The notes under the pieces were generated by a model, which worked only from the letters and a program-made list of their open reading frames with translations, made no database searches and was not told the origin of the DNA. Positions 36,967 to 49,175 of a stretch of DNA of 64,000 bases are shown one piece after another. Where the stretch lies: the NCBI RefSeq assembly GCF_009834535.1, contig NC_045697.1, forward strand, positions 51,958,001 through 52,022,000. The letters run 5' to 3'. The stretch is from Camelus ferus. Lineage: Eukaryota. Positions within the stretch are counted from its first letter, which is position 1; the number at the start of each line of letters is the position of its first letter. The position numbers were made by a program, and so were the translations under genes.

Positions 36967-37787
36967 TTAAAAAACTGAAGTATAGTATATAGTTCATTTA
37001 CAATATTGTGTTAGTTTCAGGCATGCAGCAAAGTTATTCAGATATATATTATATATATGTGTGTGTATATATATATGTGTGTATCTATTCTTTTTTCAGA
37101 TTCTTTTCCGTTACAGGTTATTATAAGATGTTGAATGTAGTTCCCTCTGCTATACAGTAGGATCTTGTTGTTTATCTACATTATATACAGTAGTTTGTAT
37201 CTGTTAATCCCAACCTCCTAATTTATCCCTCCCCCTCTCCCCCCTTTGGTAACCAGAATTTTGTTTTCTATGTCTGTAAGTCTGTTTCTGTTTTGTAAAT
37301 AAGTTCATTTGTATTTTTTTTAGATTCCACACATAAGTGATTCATATTTGTCTTTCTATGTCTGACTTACTTCACTTAGTATGATAATCTCTAGGTCCAT
37401 CCATGTTGCTGCCAATAGAAATACTCCATTCTTTTTTATAGCTGGGTCTTCTCATTCTTCTTTATCCATTCATCTGTTGATGGACATTTAGGTTGCGTCC
37501 ATGTCTCAGCTGTTGTAAATAGTGTTGCTATGAACATTGAGGTGTGTGATTCATCTTTTTGAATTAGAGTTTTCATCTTTTCTGGATATATGCCCAGGAG
37601 TATATATACATCTGCTGTGAACATTGGGTTGCATTATGTTTTCAAATTAGAATTCCCTCTGGATTATGTCCAGGAGTGGGATTGCTGGATCATATGATAG
37701 CTTTACTTTTAGTTTTTTAAGGAGCCTCCATACCGTTCTCCATGGTGGTTGCACCAATTTACATTCCAACCAACAGTGTAGGAGGGT
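36967..37787 (-). mobile_element. 5'-truncated artiodactyl-type L1 with an internal duplicated segment
   Basis: GAAGTATAG terminus, (TA/TG)n tract, ORF2 C-terminal fragment 37436-37624; TSD ATAAAG(C/T)TAAT at 36956-36966 and 37788-37798. Confidence 0.82.
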
Positions 37788-37929
37788 ATAAAGTTAATAT
37801 ATTGACGTCTATATGCCCTCTGTATCTGTCTCTAAAGAGCTCCGAACTCAGGTGGACAGAAAGGAAGTTATTATTATTTATAAAACTTTATAGAACCCAA
37901 ATTATCAACATGTCAGCATATTTTTCTAT

Positions 37930-38420
37930 GATTTTTATTCATTCATTCATACATTAATTCATGCATTCATTATGTTCCACTACTAACTAACCAGTCTGCA
38001 TAAAGCTAATAGTCCTGTATGAAAAATAGATAAATACCAATCAAGTGACTTCAAGGATGATAAGTTGTATGACTGGGAAACCTGAGCAACTAGGGCAAAT
38101 ATATCAGAGAGATCTGTCTAACCTGGGCCAGAGAGGTTTCCTATGGGAAAAAGATTAAGTCAAGACCTGAAGAATGGGTCTTATTTAAGCAGAAGATGGG
38201 CAGGAGGGGTCTGGGGAGGTCAGGAAGAGTTGCAGAAATCAGTATTCACCAAAACCAAAAGGAAACAGAGAGCCTGGCCGACGTTCACTGTGCTAAAATC
38301 TAGACATGGGAGGTAATATAGCGCAGGGAAAGCTGTATATAATATATAGGCATGGACCAAATCGAAAAGCACCTTTTAGTCTATAATGAAAACTTGAATG
38401 GTACCCTAATGGCAATGGAT
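37930..38420 (-). mobile_element. L2 remnant
   Basis: (ATTC)n end followed by purine-rich L2-like sequence (AAGTCAAGACCTGAAGAATG). Confidence 0.5.
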
Positions 38421-38744
38421 GTTAAATATGTACTGATAACCAAACGTTATTGTTTATGGAGTTTTTTTATTCAGCATTTTTAATTTACTAGCAATGAAAT
38501 CAATGTAAATTTATATTAAACCTGTATGTCAAAATTTTTCCTGGTGACTAAATACTATTTTATATCTACACCAAGTTATTTTGAGATTAGTATCACAATT
38601 ATTATTTGTAGGAATTTGGTTTACTATTGACTTCAGTTATCGGTGCATAGTTAATTGCAAGTTTTTTTCTTTTGAACTCAACATAGTGTTTTCAAGATTC
38701 TTCCATATGCAGGTAGATACTATCATCTATTTAACAATCATGAT

Positions 38745-38910
38745 AATGAAATACTTCGTGAATTCTCTCTGTGCAACAGCCATTGTTCTAAATACTTTAC
38801 AGGGATTAACTTATTCTACACTTAGCTCTTGAGGTAGGTATTATTATCCATGTTTTACAGAGCTGCAACAGAGAAAGAACAAATAACTGCCTGAAGTTAT
38901 GACAGAGCAG
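38745..38910 (-). mobile_element. MIR
   Basis: TTCTAAATACTTTACAGGGATTAACTTATT...TGAGGTAGGTATTATTATCCATGTTTTACAGA. Confidence 0.65.
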
Positions 38911-39255
38911 GACCCAAACCCTTCCACAGTCTCCCCATGTACCCGGGCGTGACAGCTGCTCTTTGGTCCAGCTGCAGTGGTCATCATGTGAATATTTACC
39001 CATTTTCTAATGACTTAAGTTGTTTCTATTTTTTTTATTACAGATAATACTGTAATTATATGATGAGACTTATACATGTCTCTTCAGGCACATATATCAA
39101 GCATGTACATTTTGAATTTTACCAAATCTTATCGCTTTCCAAAGTGATCAAACTAAAAGAGTGTCCATTGCTCCACATCCTCATTGATACTTGGCTTTGA
39201 TAGACTTTCTAAAATTTTTCAGTCTGATGGTTGTGAAGAGACATCTTGTTTTAAT

Positions 39256-42115
39256 TCTTTTCTCATTTTTTTTTCAAATGTTTACAATGTTATTAACCAC
39301 TCAAATTCAGCCTCTATTTAATCCTGGTTCAGGTTACATATAAATATGGCACTGGGTCTCCCTGGGCACTCAAGAACAAAGACATTTTATTTCTTTAGAA
39401 TCCAAAGCAATGCTGTAAAGAAATATAAGCCAAAGAGCTCAAGAGGAAGTCAGCTGTGTAGTATTCCGTGTAGCTCATCCTTCTTTAAGGCCGAATTCAA
39501 ATGTATCTCCATTGATTTTCTTTTTTTTTCTGGCTTTATTGAGATATAATTGACATATTGCATTGTGTAAGCTTAACATGTACAACTTGGTAATTCAATT
39601 TATGTATATATTGCAAAATGATTACCATAGTATGGTTAGTTAGCATCTCCATCACCTCACATAATTACCTTTTTTTTTTTTTTGGTGGTGAGAACATGTA
39701 AGATTTACTCTTAATAAAATTTTTAAATATGTAAGACAATGTTGTGAATTATAGTCACCATGCTGAACATTAGATCTCCACAATTGGTCAGTCTTATAAC
39801 TGGAAGTTCATACACTTTGACCAACATCTCCCCATTTTCTCCAACCCCTAGCAAGCATCATTCTACTCCATTTTACTATGAATTCAGATTTTTCAGATTC
39901 CACATAGGAGTGAGATCATACAGTATTTGTCTTTATCTGATTTATTTCACTGAACATAATGCCCTCAACATCCATCCGTGTTGTTGCAAATGGCAGGGTT
40001 TCCTTCTTTCTCATGACTGAATAATATTCCAATGTATTTTTACACCATATCTTCTTGATTCATTTATCTGCAGATGGACATTTAAGTTGTTTCAATACAT
40101 TGTCCATTATGAATAATGCTGCAGTGAACTTGGGAGTGCCGCTATCTCTCTGAGATAGTGATTTCATTTCCTTAGGATATGTACCCAGACATGGACTTCT
40201 GGATCATATGGTAGTTCTAAATATAATTTTTTGAGTATCCTCCATACTGTTTTCCATAGTGTCTGTACCACTTTATAGTCCTACCAATATCCCCTTTTCT
40301 CCACGTCCTCACTAACACATCTCTTGTCTTTCTGATACCTGCCCTTCTAACAAGTAAGGTAATATCATATTCTTTCTTTTCACTCTTTTCATTCTTTCTC
40401 TTTGTTCTCTTCTGATTGGACACTTTCATAGGTCCTGTCCTCCACTTCACAGTTTTTGTCTTCTGCTGGATCAGTTCTGTTATTGCAGCCCTTTATTGCA
40501 TTTTTCATTTCATGTGTTCTTCAGCTACAGAATTTGTTTGGTTCTTTTTTTATGATTTCTGTATCTTGGTTAAGCTTCTCACTGTATTCACGTGTCGCTT
40601 CCATGATTTCACTGAATTATCTTTCTGTGTTTTCTTATAGCTCATTGAATTCCTTTAAAACAGCTATTTTGAATTCTTTATTGGGTAAATCACAAATATC
40701 CGTGTCTTTCGGGTCAGTTACTGAAAAATTATTGTCTTCCTTTGGTGGTGCCATGTACCCTTAATTTTTCATGTTCCTTGAAGTCTCGTGCTGATATCTT
40801 CACATCTGAAGTAGCAGTCCTCTCCTCCAGTGTTTGCTGACTCACTTCAGGACGAAACCTTCCAGCAGCCCTGCTCAGGTTTGAGGTTTTTGCATACCTT
40901 CTGTAGATATATCTGCTTCACACTTGTTTCTCCCTTTTGTAGAGTAATCCTTAAGCTTAGATACATTCTCTTGATCCTGCCAAGCCAGGCCAAGTGGTGA
41001 CAGTCTGCCTTTTGTTTTCCCAAGGACAGCGCTAAATGCTCAAGTTTATGGTCTCTCCCAGGTCTACATATTTGGGTCAGCTTATTGTACGTGCCCATTA
41101 ATCTGCAGATCTCTCTCTCTCCAGTCCCTGGAACTCACTGGGAGCTGGCCACGGGATGGGTAGGGTGTGTGTGGGTGAGGCATGTGGAGTCCTGGGGGTC
41201 CCAGTGGGCCAATTGGGGAAATCCGCAGGTAAATCTTCCCTGGTGGCTTATAGGCAGGCTCCCAATGGAATCTGTGATGCAGTAAGTAGGATCCCCATCT
41301 CTTCTGAGCCCTGGCTGCTGTTCTCCCAGCTGCTCATTGCCCCTGAGTCATGCAGGTCATGACTCAGTACTCCAAACGAGGCAAGAGATGAACAGGCCTT
41401 TTTGGCAGCAGCCGGGGAAGCCAGGCACTCACTCCCAGGCTCTCGTTTTCCCCCACAGCAGAAAACACAGGCCACAAAGGTCTCATTGTGGGACTGAGCT
41501 GTGCCTCCTGGGGGAAGGGTGGCATGGGTAAAGTCAACCTGTTCCTCTTACTGTCTTCAGTGTGTCTCATCCCTGATGTCTTCCCAGTGGTGTGCTGGAA
41601 CTTCCCGCTGGACTCCTGGAGCTCCACTCAGGCTGTCTCACATGTGGGTGGGTGACTGAGTCACTGTTCTTCAGGGGCTCCCGGTCCAGGGCCCAGAGGG
41701 CCTGGAGCCAATTCACAGGCCTCTTCAGCGTCCAGAAATGGGACTGAAGTCTGCATGCCTATAACTTGATGCACAAGAGGGTGAGACTCCTCCCAGGCCC
41801 CTTGGTATACAGTGTTGTTGATGGAAACAAAGCCAAACAGGGCTGTAGCTGAACAGTCAGGGGTATGAAGTTGTTTCTGGGTTTACAGCCAGAACCAGGG
41901 TTCGTGAGGCAGCTGCCTGGGTGCAGGCCTGTCCCTGACTTCTCAGAACAGCTCTCTCCCTTCCTAGACTGCACTCGGGTTTCACAGTCTCCTAGTTGGA
42001 TCCCACACTTAGCACAAAGGCACTTCTGTCCATGGGAGGACGACAAATTGTTGTAGTTGAGGGGAGCATACATGCAAAGGAGGCCTTATCCATCTGTTCT
42101 TGCTAATGTCACTCT
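39256..42115 (-). mobile_element. L1MA9-like element with intact 5' start, internal deletion at ~40368 and a ~240-bp 3' transduction; inserted in an older L1ME fragment
   Basis: Perfect 13-bp TSD ATCTTGTTTTAAT at 39243-39255 and 42116-42128. 5' start AGAGTGACATTAGCAAG (-); L1MA9-type 3' end at ~39530-40368; second poly(T) at 39256-39274. Confidence 0.8.
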
Positions 42116-42299
42116 ATCTTGTTTTAATCTGAATGTTCTGATTACTAGGGAGTTTGAGCATCTCTTTTTTACGTGCTTACATATCATTCACTTTTTCATT
42201 TTCCTTGTTTGTTTTTTATTGGGTTGTAGTCTCTGCACTGATTTTCAGAGTTATCTATGTATACTTGCATATTCTTTGGCTATAATAAAATTAGATATA

Positions 42300-45200
42300 A
42301 ATAATTAAAAGCTGAATAACATATCCTAACCATTTGGAAACTAACAAAAATACTTCTAGATAAATCTTGTCAGATGAGACATAAAAAAGAACAAAAAAAC
42401 TCTAGAAAGAATGAAAAATAGTTTTTAAAACAATATGTAGCCTTGACTTTATTAGTAGAAATTACAAAAATAAAAGAACAGTATTTATCTAAGGAAATTA
42501 GAAAAATTATCAATAATATCAATCAAAATAATAATAGTGAAAGCAGTTAGGAAGATGGGATGAATAAAAAGTTTGTCAAACAGAAAAAACAATACATTTT
42601 AAAAAGCTAGATCTTTGAAAACATCAGTAAAATTATATAAACTTCTCTTGAGCTTTATTAAAGACAAAGGCAAAAGAACAAAATAAGATAAAAATTTTAT
42701 GTAATAAAAATATTACACTGCATTAAAATAATTTATAGAATATTATTTGTACCTATGGCAACAATGGCAAATATCTAGATGGATGATTTCTTAACACTTC
42801 AATTTAACCAAATTTTTCCCAAAAGGAAATAATAAGCTCGAGTAGACTAGCAGAAGTAAATGGAAAAATAATTCAATGATAACAAAACAAGATGGTTCAG
42901 AGAAGAACTCTACTGTAACCTTTAAAGAGTAGACAATTCCAAAATTATTTAAAATAATCTAGGCCATAGAAAAATTCAGAAAATTCATCAAATTACTTTT
43001 AAAGTAAACCTTAATATAATGCTGAAAGCTGCTAATAGAAATAGTAATATAAATATATATTCCATCTCATTTATATGGATTCAGAAAATATAGAAGCAGA
43101 TTTTTAAAAATTATCAAATAGAATATAGTAATGTACTAAAAGACTCCTAGACACTTCTAACAAAGCACACTTCTAGATAAACCTCAGATTCAATAAGATA
43201 TAAAAAGAAAAATCAACAAGGACTTGTTCTAGGAATACCAGAGTAATTAAATGTCAGGAAATCTATCAACAGTCTATTACATCAATAAATTAAGAAATAT
43301 AAATTACGTGATTATGTACTAATAGATCATTTTAAAAAACACTTAGTATTATTAATAAAAAATACATACACAAGAAACAGAAGTAAAATAAGTACTAAAA
43401 AGGACTTTACACCCCAAACCAAGCAGACTATTCTAACTACAATGTTGTAAAGACTCTTTCATTTTAACCAGAAATTTGATAACCATGCCTGATAGCATTG
43501 TTATGTTTGATCATTGTTCAACTTTGTCTCAGTGGATTATAGTAAGTATAGAATGGCAAAGATATTGTATATTTAGTAGAAACATTGAAAAGAGCCAAAA
43601 CCATCTTATTCCAAAAAAAAATCAATATGCTCTAGTAAATAGCTACTATAATTCATTTAACAAATTAGTTAACTGGTTGTTCAAAACATATTACCTTAAA
43701 AAAGTAGCCTTTCTTAATATGACAATAAACACCTGGAAATTAAAATGAAAAAAAAATTCATTTTACAGCAGTAAGCAAAATATAGTGTTTATGTAGAAAT
43801 ACATTTAACACAAAAGATAGAATATAACACATAAATTACATAAAAATAAAATCCTAAGATTTTTTTAATCTGACAAATTGAATAACATACCATATTTATA
43901 GAAGGAAAATTTTAATTATTTAAATGTCATCTCCCCAGATTAGTATATAAACTTAATATAATTGCATTTAAAATATGGATAGACAAAAGTTCATTCGTAG
44001 AAAATGTTTCCAAAGCAGGTAATGGAATTTGTTTCAGAATACAGTAAAAAGTTCAGAGGAAGGACTAAATGCCCAAGAAGAGCCAGGAAAATTAAGAGAA
44101 AGGATAGTGAAAAGATATGCTTTTTAAAATATCAGAATACTGTATGGTAAACATAAAGCAATTTGGAGTTGCCATAGACATGGATAAACAGAGCAGAAAA
44201 ACAGAATCAGGAATATGGAAATATAATATGAAATTTTAATACATGACAAAAATGATATTTGTTTGGTGAGGAAGAGTGAACTATTTAAGAATCCATTAGG
44301 AAGAAGTTAAAGTTGGCTTACTATCTTATAATATATTGAGATTTTAAGTAAGTTTTAAAAAATTCACTTGAATTAAGTACAAACATTAAAAATTTTTAAA
44401 ATGAGAAAATTCCAATAAAATCTAGATGGCTACCAGCCCAATCTAGGGAAAGGGAAAATCATATTAATCAATACCAAACTCTTAAAATTCACATAATAAA
44501 AATTAAATATTCTAACTATAAAAAATAAATTGAATATATATAGTAAAAGTTATGAATTAAGGCAGTAAAAATGTGGAAAATATTTGTTATATGAGTTAAT
44601 ATCAATAATTTTCAAAGAACACTTACAAATTCTTCAGAAAGACAAATAACCCACCAGAAAAATGATCATAGGTATTGATTAAACAATTTATATAAGAGAA
44701 AATCCAAATATGTGAAGAATATAAAAAAGATACACAATTTCACAAGTTGTTAAGAGATTCAAATTAATGTAATAATTAAAAATTAAAGAGTTACAGCGTC
44801 TGTGGCTGTGAGGACATGCATAAAGAGTAGTTTCATAATTTTCTGGTGAAAATGTGACTATTTGTAATACTTTAGAAGCAATATGGCAAGTACATAATTT
44901 GAAAGTATTTCTACCTCTTGAACTTAGAAAATACAAATATTTATAAACTATTATAGCCTTGTTTTGTGAGAAAACCAAATAAATAAAGCCCCCTGGAAAC
45001 AAAGTAAATGTTTATAAAAGGAGGATAGGTTGAATTTATTGTTTTTTATTTATCCATATCATATTGTACAGACATTTAAAGTTTTATTTTCATCTATTAT
45101 AGTTGCAGTGGAGGATTTTTCACCAGGTAGTAGTGCATAAGCAAAAGAAGATATGCATTTTTGGAAAATGGTGACAGAAAGATTGATGTGCACGTGTGTA

Positions 45201-45420
45201 TACAGAAGCATGTTTGTGTATGCGTATATGTGAATGGTTATGAAACCACAGGAAACTCCAGAATGATAGAATGCGGTTGCTAACATGGATCACCTGTGAT
45301 TTGGAAGCAGAGGAGTGGGCAGAGTAAATTAAGAAAGGAAATTGAGGAATTAAGAATTTAATAGCAACAGAATATAATTTGGGCATTTATATCAAATTAC
45401 ATTCATTTATATTTTTAAAA
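42300..45420 (+). mobile_element. Highly decayed L1ME-like ORF2/3' region
   Basis: Very A-rich strand with scattered ORF2-like blocks (AAAAGCTAGATCTTTGAAAA; ATGTCAGGAAATCTATCAAC; GAAGCAATATGGCAAGTAC). Confidence 0.65.
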
Positions 45421-45824
45421 TAAAATATTTTTACAGATAAAAAATTATGCTAATGAAAAGTTAAAAAGGGTGTATTTAACTTTATCAAAAAAGTAAACGT
45501 ACCATTTTATACCATATTTTAGTCTTTCTTAGTGCTCAGACCCAGATTATTCTTAAAAATCAACATACACAGATACCATGGAACCTGCATGTGTATTAAA
45601 ATAGTGAAGACAATGGTAAATAAAGGGCTTTTTCAAAATCTTTTCTCCCACGTGAAATGAAAAACTATGTACAGATGGTTCTTTTAGTTAAATTAGAATC
45701 AGGGGAAAGGAGAAAAAGAAAACCACAAAGGAAGAATGGTAGCTAAGGCTGAAGTTTTAGCAACTTGGCTGAGCTTTCAAAAAGATGCAGGAGAATCTGA
45801 TAGGGTCATGGAAATGACATTTTC

Positions 45825-46225
45825 ACCTAAACAAGTATTTGCTGAATTTCTACTATGTGCCAGATCGTTCTAGGCACTGAGGCCAGGAGTGAATATAAAG
45901 GTACAAAGTTCATCTCTCATGGAGCTTAGATTCTCCTACTGGAGAATAAGATCATAAGGAAGTAATCACAGAAATGGAGGTGGTGTCAGGTACCAGGTGG
46001 GTCCAGTTACAGATCAGACGATGCTGTGATGACAAGTGGCACTGGGAGGCACACCAGCCCTGCAGCTGAAAGGGTAAAGAGTCCCTGCTTGTGCAGCTCT
46101 GGCGGGCTAGATTCACAGGCAGGCAGGACAGCAAGTGCAAAAGCTGAGCCTGGAATATTCAAGGCTGGAGGGACCACGTGAGGACAAGAGGCATGAGAGT
46201 GAAGCATGAAGTCAGAGAGAATTTG
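45825..46225 (-). mobile_element. L2 3' end
   Basis: AACAAGTATTTGCTGAATTTCTACTATGTGCCAGATCGTTCTAGGCACTGAG...CTCATGGAGCTTAGATTCT. Confidence 0.7.
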
Positions 46226-47509
46226 TCAGGCTTACAGACTGTAGAACCTCCAAGGCCCTCCTTCGGTAGGAAAACTTAAAAAATTAAAAGGTTACCAAAA
46301 CCTGGATAATTAAAATATCAAGAAAAGCAAGCTTAGGACAGGGGATGTGGGCAAGTTATGGTCTGTCTTCAGCAAGCCCCACAGGGCTGCTCGTTATAGA
46401 AGAAGCATAAATTGCATTATGGATCAGAAATCATTTGAGGCGGCTTCCCACTGAAAGTACAGACAAAAGGAATCCCCTCAGAGAGGCAGGATTCCAGCCA
46501 CAGACTTCCAAGCCTGAAGGAGCACTGTGATATAAATGTCCCCCGCCAACCCCCAAGGACAAAAAGAGTCCTCGCAAACCTGTTGAGGATGGGGAATTCC
46601 AGGAGATTCTGAGTAAGGAGCCAAAGGAGGTATAAGGCTGCAAACTCTGCTATAGGCTCTGCGTGTAAGGATGGGAAGCTGTATTCTTAGAGAGCCCACT
46701 GTCACTTCAGTACCAGTGTGCCAAGATGGCAGGGACAGGGAGTGAAATGGAAAAGGAAAATTCAGAAACTTTAAATAGGTACTTTAAATTCTATTCAGTT
46801 AATTAAAGTCTTTAAGTAAAGCCACTGATTGAGATCTCCTACTTTGAAGGAAAGAAGGAAAGTTCAGAGAAACCCTGGGTACTGCAGGTGTCTAAATTTT
46901 GCAAGGAGACAGGACGTTTGAGATGACCCTCTCTGAAGGAGGAAACAGTCTGCAAAACTGACTGATCCCTGCCGTCCTCCCCCAGGTCATATGAGAATCA
47001 TCAGGTCATGAGCAACCTCTTCATCTGAAATTTTCCCTTACTGAGTTTTATGTTAATGCGCAATAAGCTCTGGTTTAGACAACTATTTAACTGGCATTCT
47101 GGTGCGACTGAATTCACACAATGTTTATCCTCTTGTTACATTTTCTCTAAATATTCCTTTTTTTCAGACAATACTTAAGTTTCTTCTGTCTGTGGCTGCA
47201 AATAGCAATGTGGTTGGGACCAATTTTTTTTTCCACTAAGAGAAATCATGTGGATTATTTTCACTCAGAGTCATAAAAATACATATACCCAGACCCAACC
47301 TCAGACCCACTGGTGTCCAGTGGTGGGACTCAGAGACAGGCATTCGAAAAAGCTTCACAAGTAACTGATGTTTCCTGCTTCTGCTTATAAGAAGCTTCAT
47401 CAAGCCAGTAATATTTATTTCTTCCTAAGAATGCAGCTTTTACTTAGGGAAATGTGGCATATGCAGAAATCACTACTTTGATTGTAAGTTGCCATCACCA
47501 TGAATGTGG

Positions 47510-47700
47510 GGGCCTTGCAGTATAGAATTTAAGCATGTGGACTTGAGGGCTATGTGACTTCATTATCCTGATTCTTTGGTTTAGCACATGTATTTACTTT
47601 GGGCCAATTCTCTCCAAACCTCAATTTCCTTATCAACCAAACAGAGACTGTGATGTACCCAGTTTCTAAAACCATGAGGATTACATGAGCCACCACTCAC
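47510..47700 (+). mobile_element. MIR
   Basis: GCAGTATAGAATTTAAGCATGTGGAC...CTTTGGGCCAATT...CCTCAATTTCCTTATC...TGAGGATTACATGAG. Confidence 0.55.
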
Positions 47701-48817
47701 AAAGTTACAGCCTGCTGCAGGTTGGCCATCACTGTTTCATCTGGCTTTGGGAAGTTGTTTCCCAAAGCAACCAGAACTGTGCTAGTCTGGTATGCTTCGT
47801 AGATCCTCTAAGAGTTTTGAAAACAGAAGTCAACTGAGATTTCTGTTTTCTAGTAGAAGATGCCTTAGTCTGCAGTTGCCGCGATGGAATCCAGATTTTT
47901 TGCAGGCACGTGAATAAGAACTTTCAACAGCCCAAGAAGAAAATAAAGTAAGGAATCTACTCTGGAAATATTTGTAAATGTTAAATTTTCAGTGGCAACA
48001 AAGAGAGATCCAATTTCTTGGCATTTCGGGTGTTACTTTGTAGTTTTTTTCTTTCTTTCTTTAAGTTACTGCTGTGGTGTGATTTGGGTTGTGCTGCTAT
48101 TCGGACGCCCCTAGTGTACAGTGTCTGCCTGGTGTGCTTTGCTGTGACGGAGAATTGCATCTGGTTTGACAGGGAACTGAACAGGGCTTGTCTTCTCAGT
48201 CTTGTGTGACATGGAGATACATGCAGGTTTTGTGCTGCCCTGACAAACTCTGACCTTTTTTGTGTGTGACGGCAAGGTTGGGGAGGCATCAAAGAGTCAT
48301 TCATCACATGCTTGAGGCTCTGACCCTCCCATCTCCTGGTACCTGTCGCACACTGTTGGAGCTAGCCTGGTAATGGCCACCTGCACATGTAGAAGGAACT
48401 TCTCTGCACTTCGCTCATCTCCCCTGCTGGAGACAGAGAAAAGCCTTAGATTTGTCAGAGATGGGTGCCTTAAAGAACGTCACTGTGCATCTGCTATGTG
48501 CCAGATGCTGCAGCCAGCACAGCCGTCCACAGCATCCCATTCATCCCCTGTAATAGCCCACTGGTCACACAAGATACTGATTTCTTAGAATTTTCAGGGC
48601 CTTGCCCAAGGCAAAACAAGGATATCTGAGCCTTCTCACTCTGGCTCATCTGCCCTCTTACCATAGACAGGGAAACCTAGAGGGGTGAAAAGATTTTTAA
48701 AAGCATATTCTAACTCATCCTTTTATATTTGAGAAATCCTAGACTTACAGAAGTTAAATGATTTGCCTCAGGCACAGAGTCAGTCAGAAGCCTGGCTGGG
48801 AAGAAAACCTGATCGCT

Positions 48818-49175
48818 ATTTTTTTAAATTGAAGGACAGTCAGTTACAATGTGTCAATTTCTGGTCCCAGTCATGCACATACATACATATATTCATTTTC
48901 ATTAAAGATTATCACAAGATAATGAATAGAGTTCCCTGAGCTATACAGAAGAAATTTTTTAAATCTATTTTTATATATGGTGGCTAACATTTGCAAATCT
49001 CAAACTCCCAAATTTATCCCTTCCCATCCCCTTTCCCCTGGTAACCATAAAATTGTTTACTATGTCTGCGAGTCTGTAAGCCAGAAAGAAAAAGAAAAAT
49101 ACCATATGATATCACTCATGTGGAATCTAAAAAGAAAAAGAGGACACTAGTGAACTCAACTACAAAACAAACAGA
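48818..49175 (-). mobile_element. Young 5'-truncated L1 with a 5' inversion (49078-49175), inserted next to/in a MIR remnant
   Basis: Minus-oriented 3'UTR 48818-49077 joined via a shared GT to the plus-oriented adjacent L1 segment; TSD CTGATC(G/T)CT at 48809-48817 and 49176-49184. Confidence 0.85.
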
